Assembly: GCA_958009085.1 (NCBI GenBank)
Contig: OY253672.1
Coordinates: 372,001-436,000, forward strand
Direction of reading: 5' to 3'
Origin: Protoeuglena noctilucae
Taxonomy: Eukaryota
Length of the DNA: 64,000 bases
Shown piece by piece: positions 47,463 to 58,870 of this stretch. Numbering within the stretch: the stretch's first letter is position 1; the number at the start of each line of letters is the position of its first letter. The position numbers and the translations under genes were made by a program. The notes under the pieces are model-generated. The model worked only from the letters and a program-made list of their open reading frames with translations. It made no database searches and was not told the DNA's origin.

Positions 47463-49599
47463 ATGGCTTCGTTAACCGCCGTCGACGCGGTCGCACTGCA
47501 CAATCGGCCCCGCTTCCACGTCAGTCCCAAGGCGGGGTGGCTGAACGACCCGAACGGACCCATCTTCCTCCCCCCCTGTCCGCGGGCAGGGCCCGTCACG
47601 GGCAAGTACCACGTATTCTTCCAGTCTAACCCAAAAGACGCGACCTGGGACTGGTGCATCCAATGGGCACACGCCACGAGCGACGATGGAGTCCGCTGGA
47701 CGGAGCTGCCACCCGCAATCCAGCCGGGCAGGGCATCGGGGGACCTGGATGCCGACGGGTGCTGGTCCGGCACGTGCGTGATGCAGGGAGATACGCCCGT
47801 GCTACTGTTCACGGGAGTGCGGAAGGACGACGAGAGGCTGCGCCAAGGCGCTTTCCACGACCTGCTCACAATCCAGCAGGTGCAGCTGGCGGCTGTGCCC
47901 AAGGTAAGCCAGCCCAGCGCTCCATGCGGCGGTTACTGTGCGGCGCGTGGTTGCTGAAATGCAGCATGTAAATATCCGCAGGACCTCAGCGACCCGCGCC
48001 TCACGGAGTGGCGCAAGGTGCCGGGCTTTGCGGTCGCCCCTCCGCCCGAGCTGCGCCCCGAGATGCAGGGCTTCCGGGACCCGTTCGTGGTGCAGACGAT
48101 CGAAACGATGAACAGGCCCGAGAAGCACATCATCGTGGGCAGCGGACTGCGCGGGCGTGGCGGCACAATTCTCGTCTACCGCGCCACGGATGTGACGCAG
48201 CCGTGGGATTTTGCAGGGGTCCTGTGCACGGAGGGGACCGACACGGGACCCATCTGGGAGTGCCCGGGGCTCATCTCCGTCCCGGTCGAGCACGTGGCAG
48301 GCCACACACCCAGGCAAGCACAGAGGTCACGTGATGTGGCCGGGGCTCACTCTCTGCAACGCATGCGGCCTATGACCACGGCATGGACTGCGCACCCTTG
48401 CACTCGCAGCGGATACGCGACGCTCGGGCCGCAGCATGCCGGGCCGCCCGGCCGGGCTGACGGGGCTAGCTTCGGTCACGTCCCGCCCAGCCCCGGTGCC
48501 CCTGCGACGGTCGACCTTCTGTCCGTGGGCCACTTCCCCCCCGACACGTGCCTCACGCACTGCTGGCTGGGGCACTACGACCCGGACTCTTGCAGATTTG
48601 ACCTGGCGAACGCACGCGGTGAGTGCCTGCGTGGCAATGATTGCCGCTCACCTGGCCCTTCCCAAGCCCGCGCACTGACCACTCCGATCCCCTCCACGCA
48701 GGCCCGGCGTGCCTGGATCACGGCGACGCGTGCTATGCCCCGACCTTCTTCAGGGATGCGAACGGTCGTGTGGTCGCGTATGCGTGGGTCATGGAGAAGC
48801 GAGACACACAAGGGCTGGGTTACGCGGGGTGCTTATCCGTCCCTCGCGTGCTCAGCCAGGCGGGGCCCGGGGGCCCACTGGCCCAAGCACCCTTGCCGGA
48901 GCTTTCAAAGCTGCGGTGAGACCAAAACTCACGTGCGCTGCATGGGCACAGGAGGTGCCAGAGACTGAGTGGGCACAAACAAGGAGCGGTGCGTCCCGCG
49001 TCTGCAGGATGGGCGACGGCTGGCAGCGCGACAACCTCACGCTGCGTCCTGCCGAGTGCGTGGCGCTGGACGGAGTGAACGGGCGGCACGTGGAGGTGGA
49101 GCTCCTCGTGCGGCCCGGCAGCGCCCCTGCACCGGGGTCAGACGGCGACCCTTCCCACGACGTGCTGGCCCTGGTGGTCCCGGCAGCCCCGCCCCACACG
49201 AACGGCTACCTCTTGTCCGCCGACGCTGACGCCGCGCAGGGCGCCATCGTCGCCATCTCCCTGGACACCCACGAGACGCTCGTGGCCGTGGGCGATGGGC
49301 CCCCGGACCCCCAGTGGTTGCGCCGCTCCGAGGCCAAAGCACGACGGGCAGCTTGCAAGCCAGGGCCGGACGGCGCCATGCACGTGCGCGTCTTCCTCGA
49401 TGGATCCTGCCTCGAGGTCTTCTCCGGAGCCACCGGCCAGGTTCTGACGCGGCGGGTGTATCGATCGTGGGGCGCGGCAGGCGCAGATGCGGGGCAGGGT
49501 CCGGCGCCCCGGCTGTCCGTGCACAACTGGGCCTGGGGCGATGTGACGCTCGTGCGCGCCAGGGTATGGGACATGGAGGGGGCGTTCCCGGACCGATGA
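47463..49599 (+). CDS. Glycoside hydrolase family 32 beta-fructofuranosidase/invertase, 4 exons
   Basis: RPRFHVSP..GWLNDPNG, WAHATSDD, CWSG, GFRDP, IWECP, YAPTFF, VFLDGSCLEVF; exons 47463-47903, 47982-48618, 48702-48915, 49008-49599. Confidence 0.92.
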
Positions 49600-50314
49600 G
49601 GGGGCAGCCATCCAGCTGTGCTAGGCACATGACCCATTCGCATGAGTCGGCACTGGCATCCTGCCAGTCTCCTTTCCTTTTGAACCAGACGGACCGCTCT
49701 CCAGCACTGCCAATGTGGTGGGTCGAGCACACCGCACTCACAGCGCCGCTGAGGTAGCCGCCGATCCTTTGCCGCTTGACACACAGACGTGCCTCGCAGG
49801 CAGCCCCGCCAGCCGCTGCTTGGCGATGGCGCTGTCGGTTGCGCGGCTCCCAGGTGAGCTTGACGCTTCGATGAGACGTCCGTCAAGGATCGCGAAGAAA
49901 TCGCAGAGGACGAGGCCATGGCAGCGCGATGATGCCCCGCCACGCGCTGGGGTTGCGAGGAGGCCGAAGCGCGAACAAGCAACGTCACATCCTTTGTTGC
50001 AGTAACGCTGGGAGCGCGTCCGTCCCTTCCCGCCCGGCCACGCGCCCGCGCTGGCGCAAGGACGGTGGCGGTGCGTGCCGCCGCCGCTGTGGCCGCGCCC
50101 TCCGCCCCGTCCACCTCTGGCGAGGACAACCTGAGCACGCGTGTTCTCGTCCCCTTCCTTACGGTCGCAAATGGTGAGCGGGATGGGGCTGGGAGCACTG
50201 GCTGCTCGGGGTTTGGACTCGATCTGGTTGTCCCCGCGCACCCAGCCTCCGCATGGTCCTTGTCGGGCGCCCGGGGTTTGCTTGAGTAATAAGTATAAGC
50301 ACCATGTGCTCTAA

Positions 50315-51052
50315 ATGACTGGGCATGGCTCCCGTCGCCTTGGCGCAGTGGTGACGGGGGCGCTTGAGGAGGCCGGTCGCCGGCTCGCGCTGGCGTTCTC
50401 GAACGCCGTCGGTGGGAGGATCCGCGCGTTGGTTGACTATGAGGCCATTAACGTTGCCATCCGCAAGGTGCGCGGCTCCTAGCCCCCGCACGGCTCCTTG
50501 TTCAACACCAGCCCGTCGCCGGCACGCCCGCACGCCCCCGCGCCCCCGCAGGCCGCCAAGGACCTCCGCGTGCACCGCGCTATCATGATCCCGTTCGCGG
50601 CCGTGTCCGCCTCGGGCTCCGCGTCGGTCTTCCTGCTTTTTGTGCGCGCGGTGGCTTCGTTCATGAAGCTCTACCTCCTCCTCCTGTTCATCCGCGTGCT
50701 CCTGTCCTGGTTCCCTCAATTCAACTGGGACCAGCAGCCCTGGCTGACCCTTCGGCAGCTCACCGACCCGTACCTCAACCTCTTCCGGGGCCTCGTGCCG
50801 CCCCTGCTGGGCCAGGTCGACCTCACCCCGCTCCTGGGCTTCTGGATCCTGCAGTTCCTCGCCGGCATGATGGTGAGGCGCGGCGGCAGCCGGGGGCACC
50901 CAGGCGTACCAGTATGCATTCTGGAGAGGGTTGCAATGCAGGTCGCATGCTTTGTGCACGTGTGACCTGGGGTGGTGGTTGTCAGGGCTGTCAGATGTTA
51001 AGACCCGAGCTCTGTTTCGCAGGACGTGGGGGACTTTGAGGACGAGTGGTAA
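50315..51052 (+). CDS. YLMG: YggT/YlmG family plastid membrane protein, 3 exons
   Basis: LYLLLLFIRVLLSWFP...QPWLTLRQLTDPYLNLFRGLVPPLLGQVDLTPLLGF; exons 50315-50467, 50552-50872, 51023-51052. Confidence 0.88.
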
Positions 51053-51240
51053 CGAGGCGGGGATCGAACGGCGGGGGCGAGGGGAGGGTGGGCGGATCGG
51101 CATTGAACTGCCGTTTGGTGGCGGGGGCAGAGTTCGCGCACGCTTGAAGGGCGCAAAGACAAAGACACTGCTAGTTGCGGATGTGGCTAGAATCGCTCGA
51201 GATCACGCGCAGAGGAACTAAGAACAGACTGCATCTGCGA

Positions 51241-53859
51241 TCACACGATCACTGCGACGTCGCCCGCGCCACCCTCCGTCGCACGCCCAGCCCTGTGCTT
51301 GGCGCGGGTGACGGCGGCGGGGGACGTGACCCCGACAGGCTCGCTTTGCTCCGCGTCACTTTCTGCGTTGCGACGGGGCGGCAGGGCCCCCGCGGTCTTG
51401 GCGCCCACGTCTGGCACCAGGCGCAAGAGCGGGACGGGCAGCGCGTGCATGAGGCTGCACAGAACGACGAGGGCGGGGAGGCCCCAGAAATCCCGCGATG
51501 TGATCCCCAGAGCGCGAACGCATGCGGCGTTGAGGAGGGACGACACGAGGCCTGCCAGATTGGACACGCTCATAACGGCCGCGAACATAGTCGCCTCGAT
51601 ACCCTCTGGGCATATGCGGGCCGCCAGGACCAGCAGCGGCATGTGGCCCAGCTCGTGGAGGGCGGCCAGCAGGGCGCGGTCCGTGAGGACAAACGCGGGG
51701 TCGGGGATGCTGGGGGAGGGGGTCGGGGTGGGCAGCGGTTGGTGCTTGGCATGGCAATGGGCTATGGCAGAGTCTTCTAGCTCATGCAGCGGGTGGCCGG
51801 GGTCAGACATGCGCTCAAGAATCACAGCCTGGGTTGCCACCCAGCGCTTGGGTCCTTGCCACTCTCAGATCTGATCAGATAGCACACAGCCAACGTCACG
51901 CACCCGAGGCGAAGGTTGGCGCGCGTCACGAGGAGGACTTGGCCCAGATGCAGAAGCAGACCGATTAACGCCACCCACAGGAGGAGCTTGCGGATGGGAG
52001 TGGCTTTGAAGAACTGCGGGGGAGAGGCCTTGAGGTCAGTCACATGGGCAAGGCAGAGTGTTGTAGAGAAGAGGAAAGGGGCCCGGCACACGCTTGGGGT
52101 GCAAATCTTGATCCAAGCCGAGTGTTGAGAGAGCGCGGGTGCTTGGGTGGCCACATGATTTGGTCGACTACGTGCTTACGTCGACATTATGCGCAGCCAC
52201 GCGACCACGTCACGGATGTCTCGCACTCTGTGCTTACCCGGTGGAAGAGCAGGATGCCGAGGAGCGTGAAGGCCGACCCCACGACGGCGGCCAGGCCCAT
52301 GAACCTCTTGCTGAAGTGCAGGGCGTTGACGTAGAAGAAGAACATGGCTGAGGATGAGAGACGATTGCATGATAGGAGTCACATGAGGGATGGAAGGAAA
52401 CCACGAGGGACACACGGACAGCAGGGGACCACGAGCCCCTTGGTCGGCAATGGTCAGGCGGACTGTCCACCAGCGATGCGACCAGCCAAGCACCTGAGCT
52501 AGGGGAGGGGATGACGACCCAGACGAACAGAAAGGCGACGGGCAGGAGGATGCGCCGGTCTAGCATGGCCCGCCGCAGCTGCTCCAGCTTGTCCCAAGCA
52601 CTGTGGGCCATTGCTGGCCCGGCATGAGCGACTGGGCTGCCCCGATGGAGCGAGCCGGGAGTGCTCGCCATGGCATCTCCGCATTCTGTCTCCAGTGCCA
52701 CGGGGACCCCGCGGACCCCGGCAGCGTCCTTGGGCACAACGGCACCCGGGTAGCGCCGCCCTGACGCACCCCGCTCGAGCCGCACGGGACCAACCGGGTC
52801 CGTAAATGCCCCACTCGCCGCCCCTGCCTCGTGGCCACCTCCCCGCCTGTGACCAGCACCTAAGATCCCCATATGCATGTCCTTCTCGACTGCTTCTCTC
52901 GTCTCTCCTACCTTCGGCTCAACGAGGGCCACCTCAGTGTCGCTCACGGCGAGCGACGTGGCGGCCGTCAGCAGCGGGAGCGCCGCTGTCGAGAGGAAGA
53001 TGGCGCGGGCGCTCAATGCCGAGACGAGGTACCCCGATGCGCAGGCGGAGGTGATGCTGCCGACGGCCTTGGCGGCCCAGCACAGGGACTGAAGGGAGCC
53101 GGCAGAGCTGCGGTGGGGAAGTCGCCATGTCCTCAACACAGCCACTGGCATGGCAGGGTCAGCGACGACGCATGGGTCGTATGGCAAGGATCACGCCACC
53201 TCGACGCGCTGTGCTGCAGTTGAGCTGTGACTGCGCTGCACACCTGGCAGCGGCGTCACGGGCGCGTGTAACGACCATCGAGTCGACCACCACATCCGAG
53301 AAGGCGCTGGCGATGGCTTCAAAGAAGATAGAGGCTTGGAGGATGAAGAGCGAAGGAGGGAAGGTGCCTAACATCACCCACACGACGGCCCCCAGCAGGC
53401 CGCACAACACCAGGTACGAGCGGCGCTGCAGGCATGGCGTGGGGAGGTGGGGGTCTGTGAAAATGCGGCGCACGGCCTGGTGGTCGTCTGCCGTGCCATC
53501 TGCTGCTCAGAGGCAAGCGCAGCACCTTGGATCCGAAAATAGGGTAGGTGTCGGACAGGAGCCCGTAGGCCGGCTTTAAACTCCACGCCAGCGAATGTAG
53601 CCCGCCGATGATTGACATGAGCGACGGGTCTGCCATCAGTTCATCCTTGAGAAAGTACCGGATAGCTGCGGCGGGTGTGAAAGGGCTTTGGTGAGCTACG
53701 AAACAGCACATACCCTTCAAACAACGTGCCCCGCGTGCGAGACTCGCCCAAACGGGAGAAGCCAGTGCCTCCTTGAGCGAAGTACACGGCCGCGAAGGCG
53801 ATGCGCTCAATCGACTGCTCTGAACCGGCAGACGGGGGCCGGTAACCCCTTTCGTCCAT
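51241..53859 (-). CDS. BT1 family folate/biopterin transporter (MFS), 7 exons
   Basis: VYFAQG..SRL|AIRYFLKDEL, WSLKPAYGLLSDTYPIFG, RRSYL, AFSDVVVDSMVV, GSLQSLCW, MPLLVLAARICPEGIEATMFA. Confidence 0.9.
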
Positions 53860-54013
53860 TTCTCACGCCGACCTTCGCATGGCGGGGCAGCGCCACGCCC
53901 CACCCATGCGAACCGGGACGTCAGCAAGCTTATGCGCAACAACTCACCGCGCAATTCAAGTCGCAAGAGCTTGCTCGGCCCGGCGGTGCCAGCGACACAA
54001 GTGACACCAGCCC

Positions 54014-55641
54014 TCACGCCTCGTTGGGCTGCGCGCGGCTAATAATTTCCACAGTTGCGTTCGCGCGCGTGCAGAGCGAGTGGATGCGCGCGTCCCACCG
54101 CTGCAGCGGCAGCTCCCGGCGAAACACGATGACATTTTCCTGCTGGTCGACGTGGCCCTCGAGGCGCCCCTCCGCAATCATGCGCGCCGCGATCGACTCG
54201 GCGCGGCCGGGGAGAACCCCGAGGAGCTCGCCCAGCTGCTCGAAGGAGATGTTGCTGTACAGCTTGCTGCGGGCGATGCGACCCAGCAACCTCGCTTGAT
54301 GGGTGCAGCCCATCCGTTCAGACCTGTAAGGGTCAAGGTGAAGCGCCACCCGGTGTCCTCCGCGGCTCACCTCACGGCCTGCAGGTTGTGCTCCGTCGCC
54401 GCCCTGTCTAGCACCGTCGACCCGTCTCCCAGGCTGGCCAGCTGGTGGGGCGCGAGGCGTGCCCGGAAGCCCTCCACGTCCGCCTGCGTGCACGGGGCCA
54501 CAGGGCGCGGATAATACCCTTCCCATGCGACCCTCGTGGCCCTCTGAGGGCCCCACAGATGGCCCCACGCTTGCCTGAGTCAAAAGCCGTCCCAGGAAGA
54601 CCTTGACGAGCAGCGAGTGCACGGCGAGCTCGGCGCAGCGCTCATCCTTGCACAGCTGCGCGAGCACGCGGGACCGCTGCGGGCCTGCCCCGGCCAGGAT
54701 GGCGCAGGAGGCTGCCGCGTCCAACGCCTGCCGCCGATCGTCGCCCGACACGAGCGCGGCGGGGGCCTGGCTCAGCTCGTAGTACCGCGTCGCGGCCTCG
54801 AGGAACTTGCGCTTGTGGTCCAGGATGCGCGCGTAGCACGTCTTGTACTGCAACTCCAGCCCCTTGTCACCCGTACCCGCAGCCAGGGGCGACGCCCGCT
54901 GCGGACAGGGCGGGGCGCCAGTGGTGTATCGTCGATCGCCACCGCCGCGGGCTCACGCGGGAATATGAGCAGCGCGTGCTCGCCTTGATGTAGGTTTCGG
55001 CAGACACCGAGTCGCTGTCCTCGAGGAAGAGCATGGCGATGCGCACGTAAGTGGCGAGCTTGTACTCGTTGGACGCGTGGCGCGAGCGGGACTCGAGGTC
55101 GATCCCCGCCAGCATCCGCGCGGCGCCCACGTAGTCCTCCGAGCGCTCTAGAGAGCCTGCCATCGCCTCCCGGACCCTGCGAGGTCCAGGCGGGGCGAGG
55201 GATGTGCGAATCGAGCGATGAGGTGGGCGTCACGCATATCAGAGAGCATAAGGAGGAATCTCACTTCGCGGCTTGCTCCTCGAACGTCCCGAGCCGCGGC
55301 TGGAGGAGCTGCAGGGCGTCCTGGGAGACCGCGCGCAGCGTCTCGTCGGACAGGCGCGGCAGCGACTCGGCGAAGGCCGCCACCAAAGGCTTGCTGACCA
55401 TCATGGGGACATCTGCGGTAAGGCCGGGGGCTGAGTGCTTAGGAAGAGGATCCACGCGCACGCGCAGCGCCTCGACGGGTCCCCATGGCGCGCCTCGCGC
55501 ACCTTCAGACAGCACGTGTTCTAGGAAGCCCCGCAAAGACGCATGGTTCCCGCTGGCGATGCGCTCCTCGAGGCTGCTGAGGTAGCGCGCCTGCTTCTCC
55601 TTGTGGTCGGGGATCCCCGCGATGGCCTGCAGGTCTCCCAT
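54014..55641 (-). CDS. CSN4: COP9 signalosome subunit 4, 6 exons
   Basis: FEEQ, YKTCYARILDHKRKFLEAA, ILAGAGPQRSRVLA, STVLDRAATEHNL, SKLYSNISF, PCI-domain end. Confidence 0.93.
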
Positions 55642-56241
55642 CCTAAGCCCCCCCCGCTCCGATGGCCACGTCCCACTGGTTGGGTTGCAAGAAATCTAGG
55701 CACTCAGCGGCTTGATGGTACGCGGGGTCTTTGAATTAGCACAGCGCCTCGGCCCAACTGCTGAAAGTTTACACCAATGCCGCGATGAGCCACCTGTGTT
55801 GATACGCAACGCGATGCACAAGTTGCTGGGCAGGGGACCCCACGGCATCGTTGGGATGACGGTCCAGAGGGCAGGCTGGCAAACGTTCTCGCGTGGCGGG
55901 CTGCTGGGACCGCGCGGGCGCCCAACCGCGCGTGCGCTGCACCTTTCCGGTCCCTGTATTGATGTGAAGGCGTAGCGAAGATCACGTGGTCGCCTGCCAA
56001 TCAGCATTCGCTGTGCACCACACTATGCGCACGTTGGCGCGGACGTGCTCCTTTGCCAGCCGCGCATCGCGCAGGATCTTCACCCGGGTGCGGTCTTAAT
56101 GGAGCGGCGTTCCTGTGCCCGTGCCTCCCCGCCCTTGGCGCCCGCCCTTGGCCGAACGGGGAGTAACCGATTCGCAGCAGAGCTTCACTCTCCTCACGAC
56201 AGCCGCAGGCGACCCCGGCTCCCGGCCAGAGGCCATCGGCG

Positions 56242-57181
56242 ATGGCTGTCACGCCCAAGCACGTGTTGGAGTACTGGTTCGGTCCCGACTGGTGAGGGCA
56301 GCGAGTTGTCGTAAATTGTCGCACACCGCCCGGTCTCCCTGGTCCCTCCCCACACGCCACCCGCCATCCCTGATGACACAGGGAGACGAGGGACCGAACG
56401 CAGTCGTTCCCGTCGTCGTCAACCAAGAAGTGGTTCAACGGTGGGAAGGAGACGGACGAGTACATCACGCACACGTACGGTGCGTTGCTGGAAAGGCCCC
56501 CAGCCGAGGTGGCCAAGGACTTGGAGGAGCAGGGGACCGCGGGGGCGGTCGCGAGGATCATTGTGCTAGACCAATTCCCACGCAACGTCTTCCGCGGGTC
56601 TCCCCGCGCGTTTGCATACGACCTCGAGGCCGCGGCCCTCTCGCGCCGCGTGGCGCAGGGCCAGGGGGTGCACGAGGTGCACCCGCAGGTCGCCGGGTTC
56701 GTATATATGCCCCTGATGCATTCCGAAGGCGAGAGCAGCTCAGCCGTCCTGGCGGGTCGTCTCGTGGCATGCAATTGAGACAGAGGGGGGACGGTTGGCG
56801 CTCACGTGACGTATCCTGCAAGTGTTGGGTGTCCCGCAGATTTGAGGGACCAGGAGCGGTGCGTGGAGTTGTTCACGAAGCTCTTGCAAGGGGTGCAGGA
56901 GGCGGGGGGCGATGATGAGTTAGCCAAGGTCCTGGGTCACAACGTCAAGTATGCCATCGCCCATCGCGACGTCATCCAGCGGTGGGGGCGCTTTCCCCAC
57001 AGGTGAGGGCCATCGAGCTGCGGGGGCGAGCTGCGGTGCTGCGGCGGGGCGCAGGGTCTGCATTGTGGCTTTGAGCCATGTAAGAGGCACCCTTCTGCTC
57101 GCCAGGAACGCCATCCTTGGGCGCGAGAACACCGCGGAGGAGGACCAGGGGCTGAAGGACGGCACGATTCCCAAGTTCTGA
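56242..57181 (+). CDS. DUF924 family protein, 4 exons
   Basis: VLEYWFG, KWF, IIVLDQFPRN.FRG...AFAYD, FVYMPLMHSE|D, HRDVIQRWGRFPHRNAILGR. Confidence 0.9.
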
Positions 57182-57439
57182 GGGGAAACCCTAACCTAGC
57201 GGCGCAGCACAGACAACAACATTCCCACAAGGTCTTCACGGCTGCCCACAAATGTGTAGACGTCATCTTATGCGACCGTGACTGGATTGCCTTGCCTCTG
57301 TGACCGTCCCTGCACTGGCCAAGACCAGCTGCTTGCATTCCTGCGGCAGAGAGCAGCTCTACCTGGCGTTGTCGTGGCCCTTGTGTTCCTCGTTGCACAC
57401 GCGGCCCTCGCCGCGCAGGCATTGCCTCGGGGGACCTCG

Positions 57440-58675
57440 ATGGAAGCCTCCTGGACGAGCGCTGCGTTCCGCATGCTCCAGCCGCGCAAGGTGGAGGCGC
57501 TGGAGGACCTGGACGACGTGTTGAATGCTCCGGAGCCATCCATAGGCGAGGGAACGCACTGAGACGCCCCCACCTCCGCTGCCAGCTCACTTCCGAGCGC
57601 TCTCATCTTTGTCGTCGTCTCACGACGGCCGCAGGCGCGCCGGCGGGCATTGGCTTGCCTCTACGGACTCCAGGAAATGCAGGGCCGGCACACGATGCGC
57701 GAGGCCCTGAGCAGCACGACGCCGCTCTCCCCGTAAGCGTGAGACCCCGCGCCCCGCTTGGCGAGACGGCGCCCGCCCCCGCGGAGCAGCCGACGACGTC
57801 GCCTGGGCAAGATTCGTGGTTAGCGACGCGCTGGGTGAGGTTGTGTGCGCTCGACGCGACGCTACGACATCCATTACAATGTGACGGTGAATTTCACCTT
57901 TTCTTACCTACGCAGCTGTATCCATCAGCCGTCACTGTGGAGACAGCATCGTATTTTGGTAAAGTAGCGAGCGCGTTTACTCCCGCTGCTCTGGGGGCTT
58001 CTGTTGTGGGCGGAGGGGTCGGTGCCATCCTGGCCGGCCCCCTGGGCCTCGCCGCGGGCGTCAAGACAGGTGAGCGGGCTCATTGCTGAGCAATTGATTT
58101 GCATCATTTGCCGCGCTGGCCGTTTTAGAGCATGCAAAGGGCGTGGTCCGCAGGCCTGGCCCTGGGTGCGGGGACCGCCGTGGCAGGCGGGGTGGCAGAG
58201 GCGTACGCGGGCCCCATGTTGCCCCAGAGCATCGCCAGCTTCGGCTTACGCGCGTTGGAGGGAGCGCAAGCAGGTGCGCAGTCGACCAGACCGCGTGGGT
58301 GCACTGGGTGTTGCACTTGTGCGGCCTTGCATGCGCTCGCTCCCCGCGCCTGCAGTGACCCATCGGGCCACGCTGGCATTGCCCTGGCCCTACCAGCGCG
58401 CCACTGCCGCGTCCCCGGACGCGACGGTCGAATTGCGGCAGGGGCTGCTGCCGGGGTTGACGGAGGAGGCCGGGGTGAGCGCCCGTGATGACCGTAGCAT
58501 CGGCAATGTCAATGGCGGCGAGGTGCAGGAGGGAGATGAGGGCGCGGGAGAGTGCGAGGACGCGGCTGTTGGGGCACAGAGTGGGGCACTGGGGGGCGCG
58601 GAGGCAGATGGGACACCGAGGGGCGAAGGGGCGGGGAGTGATGCAAGAGAAAGCGCACACCCTGTGAGCGCATAG
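57440..58675 (+). CDS. Hypothetical multi-exon protein with Gly-rich hydrophobic (glycine-zipper-like) segment
   Basis: Phase-consistent exons giving VVGGGVGAILAGPLGLAAGVKTG|GLALGAGTAVAGG; no recognisable family. Confidence 0.5.
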
Positions 58676-58870
58676 ATAGACATTTGCACGGTTTCGCGAC
58701 AGTTTGGGGTTGCACAGCAGCTGACCCACTTCGGTGCTATGTTCAAAGCGACTCGCGCACCTGAAGGCTCACACGTTTGCCCAGCCAAAGCTCATCACGG
58801 CACTCGGCTGGCCGGCAATACACTTTCTAACAACAACGTAGTCAAACATCACTAGCCGAGACGCGGCGCT

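Noticed and set aside
49600..50300. Possible small minus-strand gene between GH32 and YlmG
   Set aside because: No recognisable motif or convincing start/splice structure; long ORFs are expected by chance at this GC content
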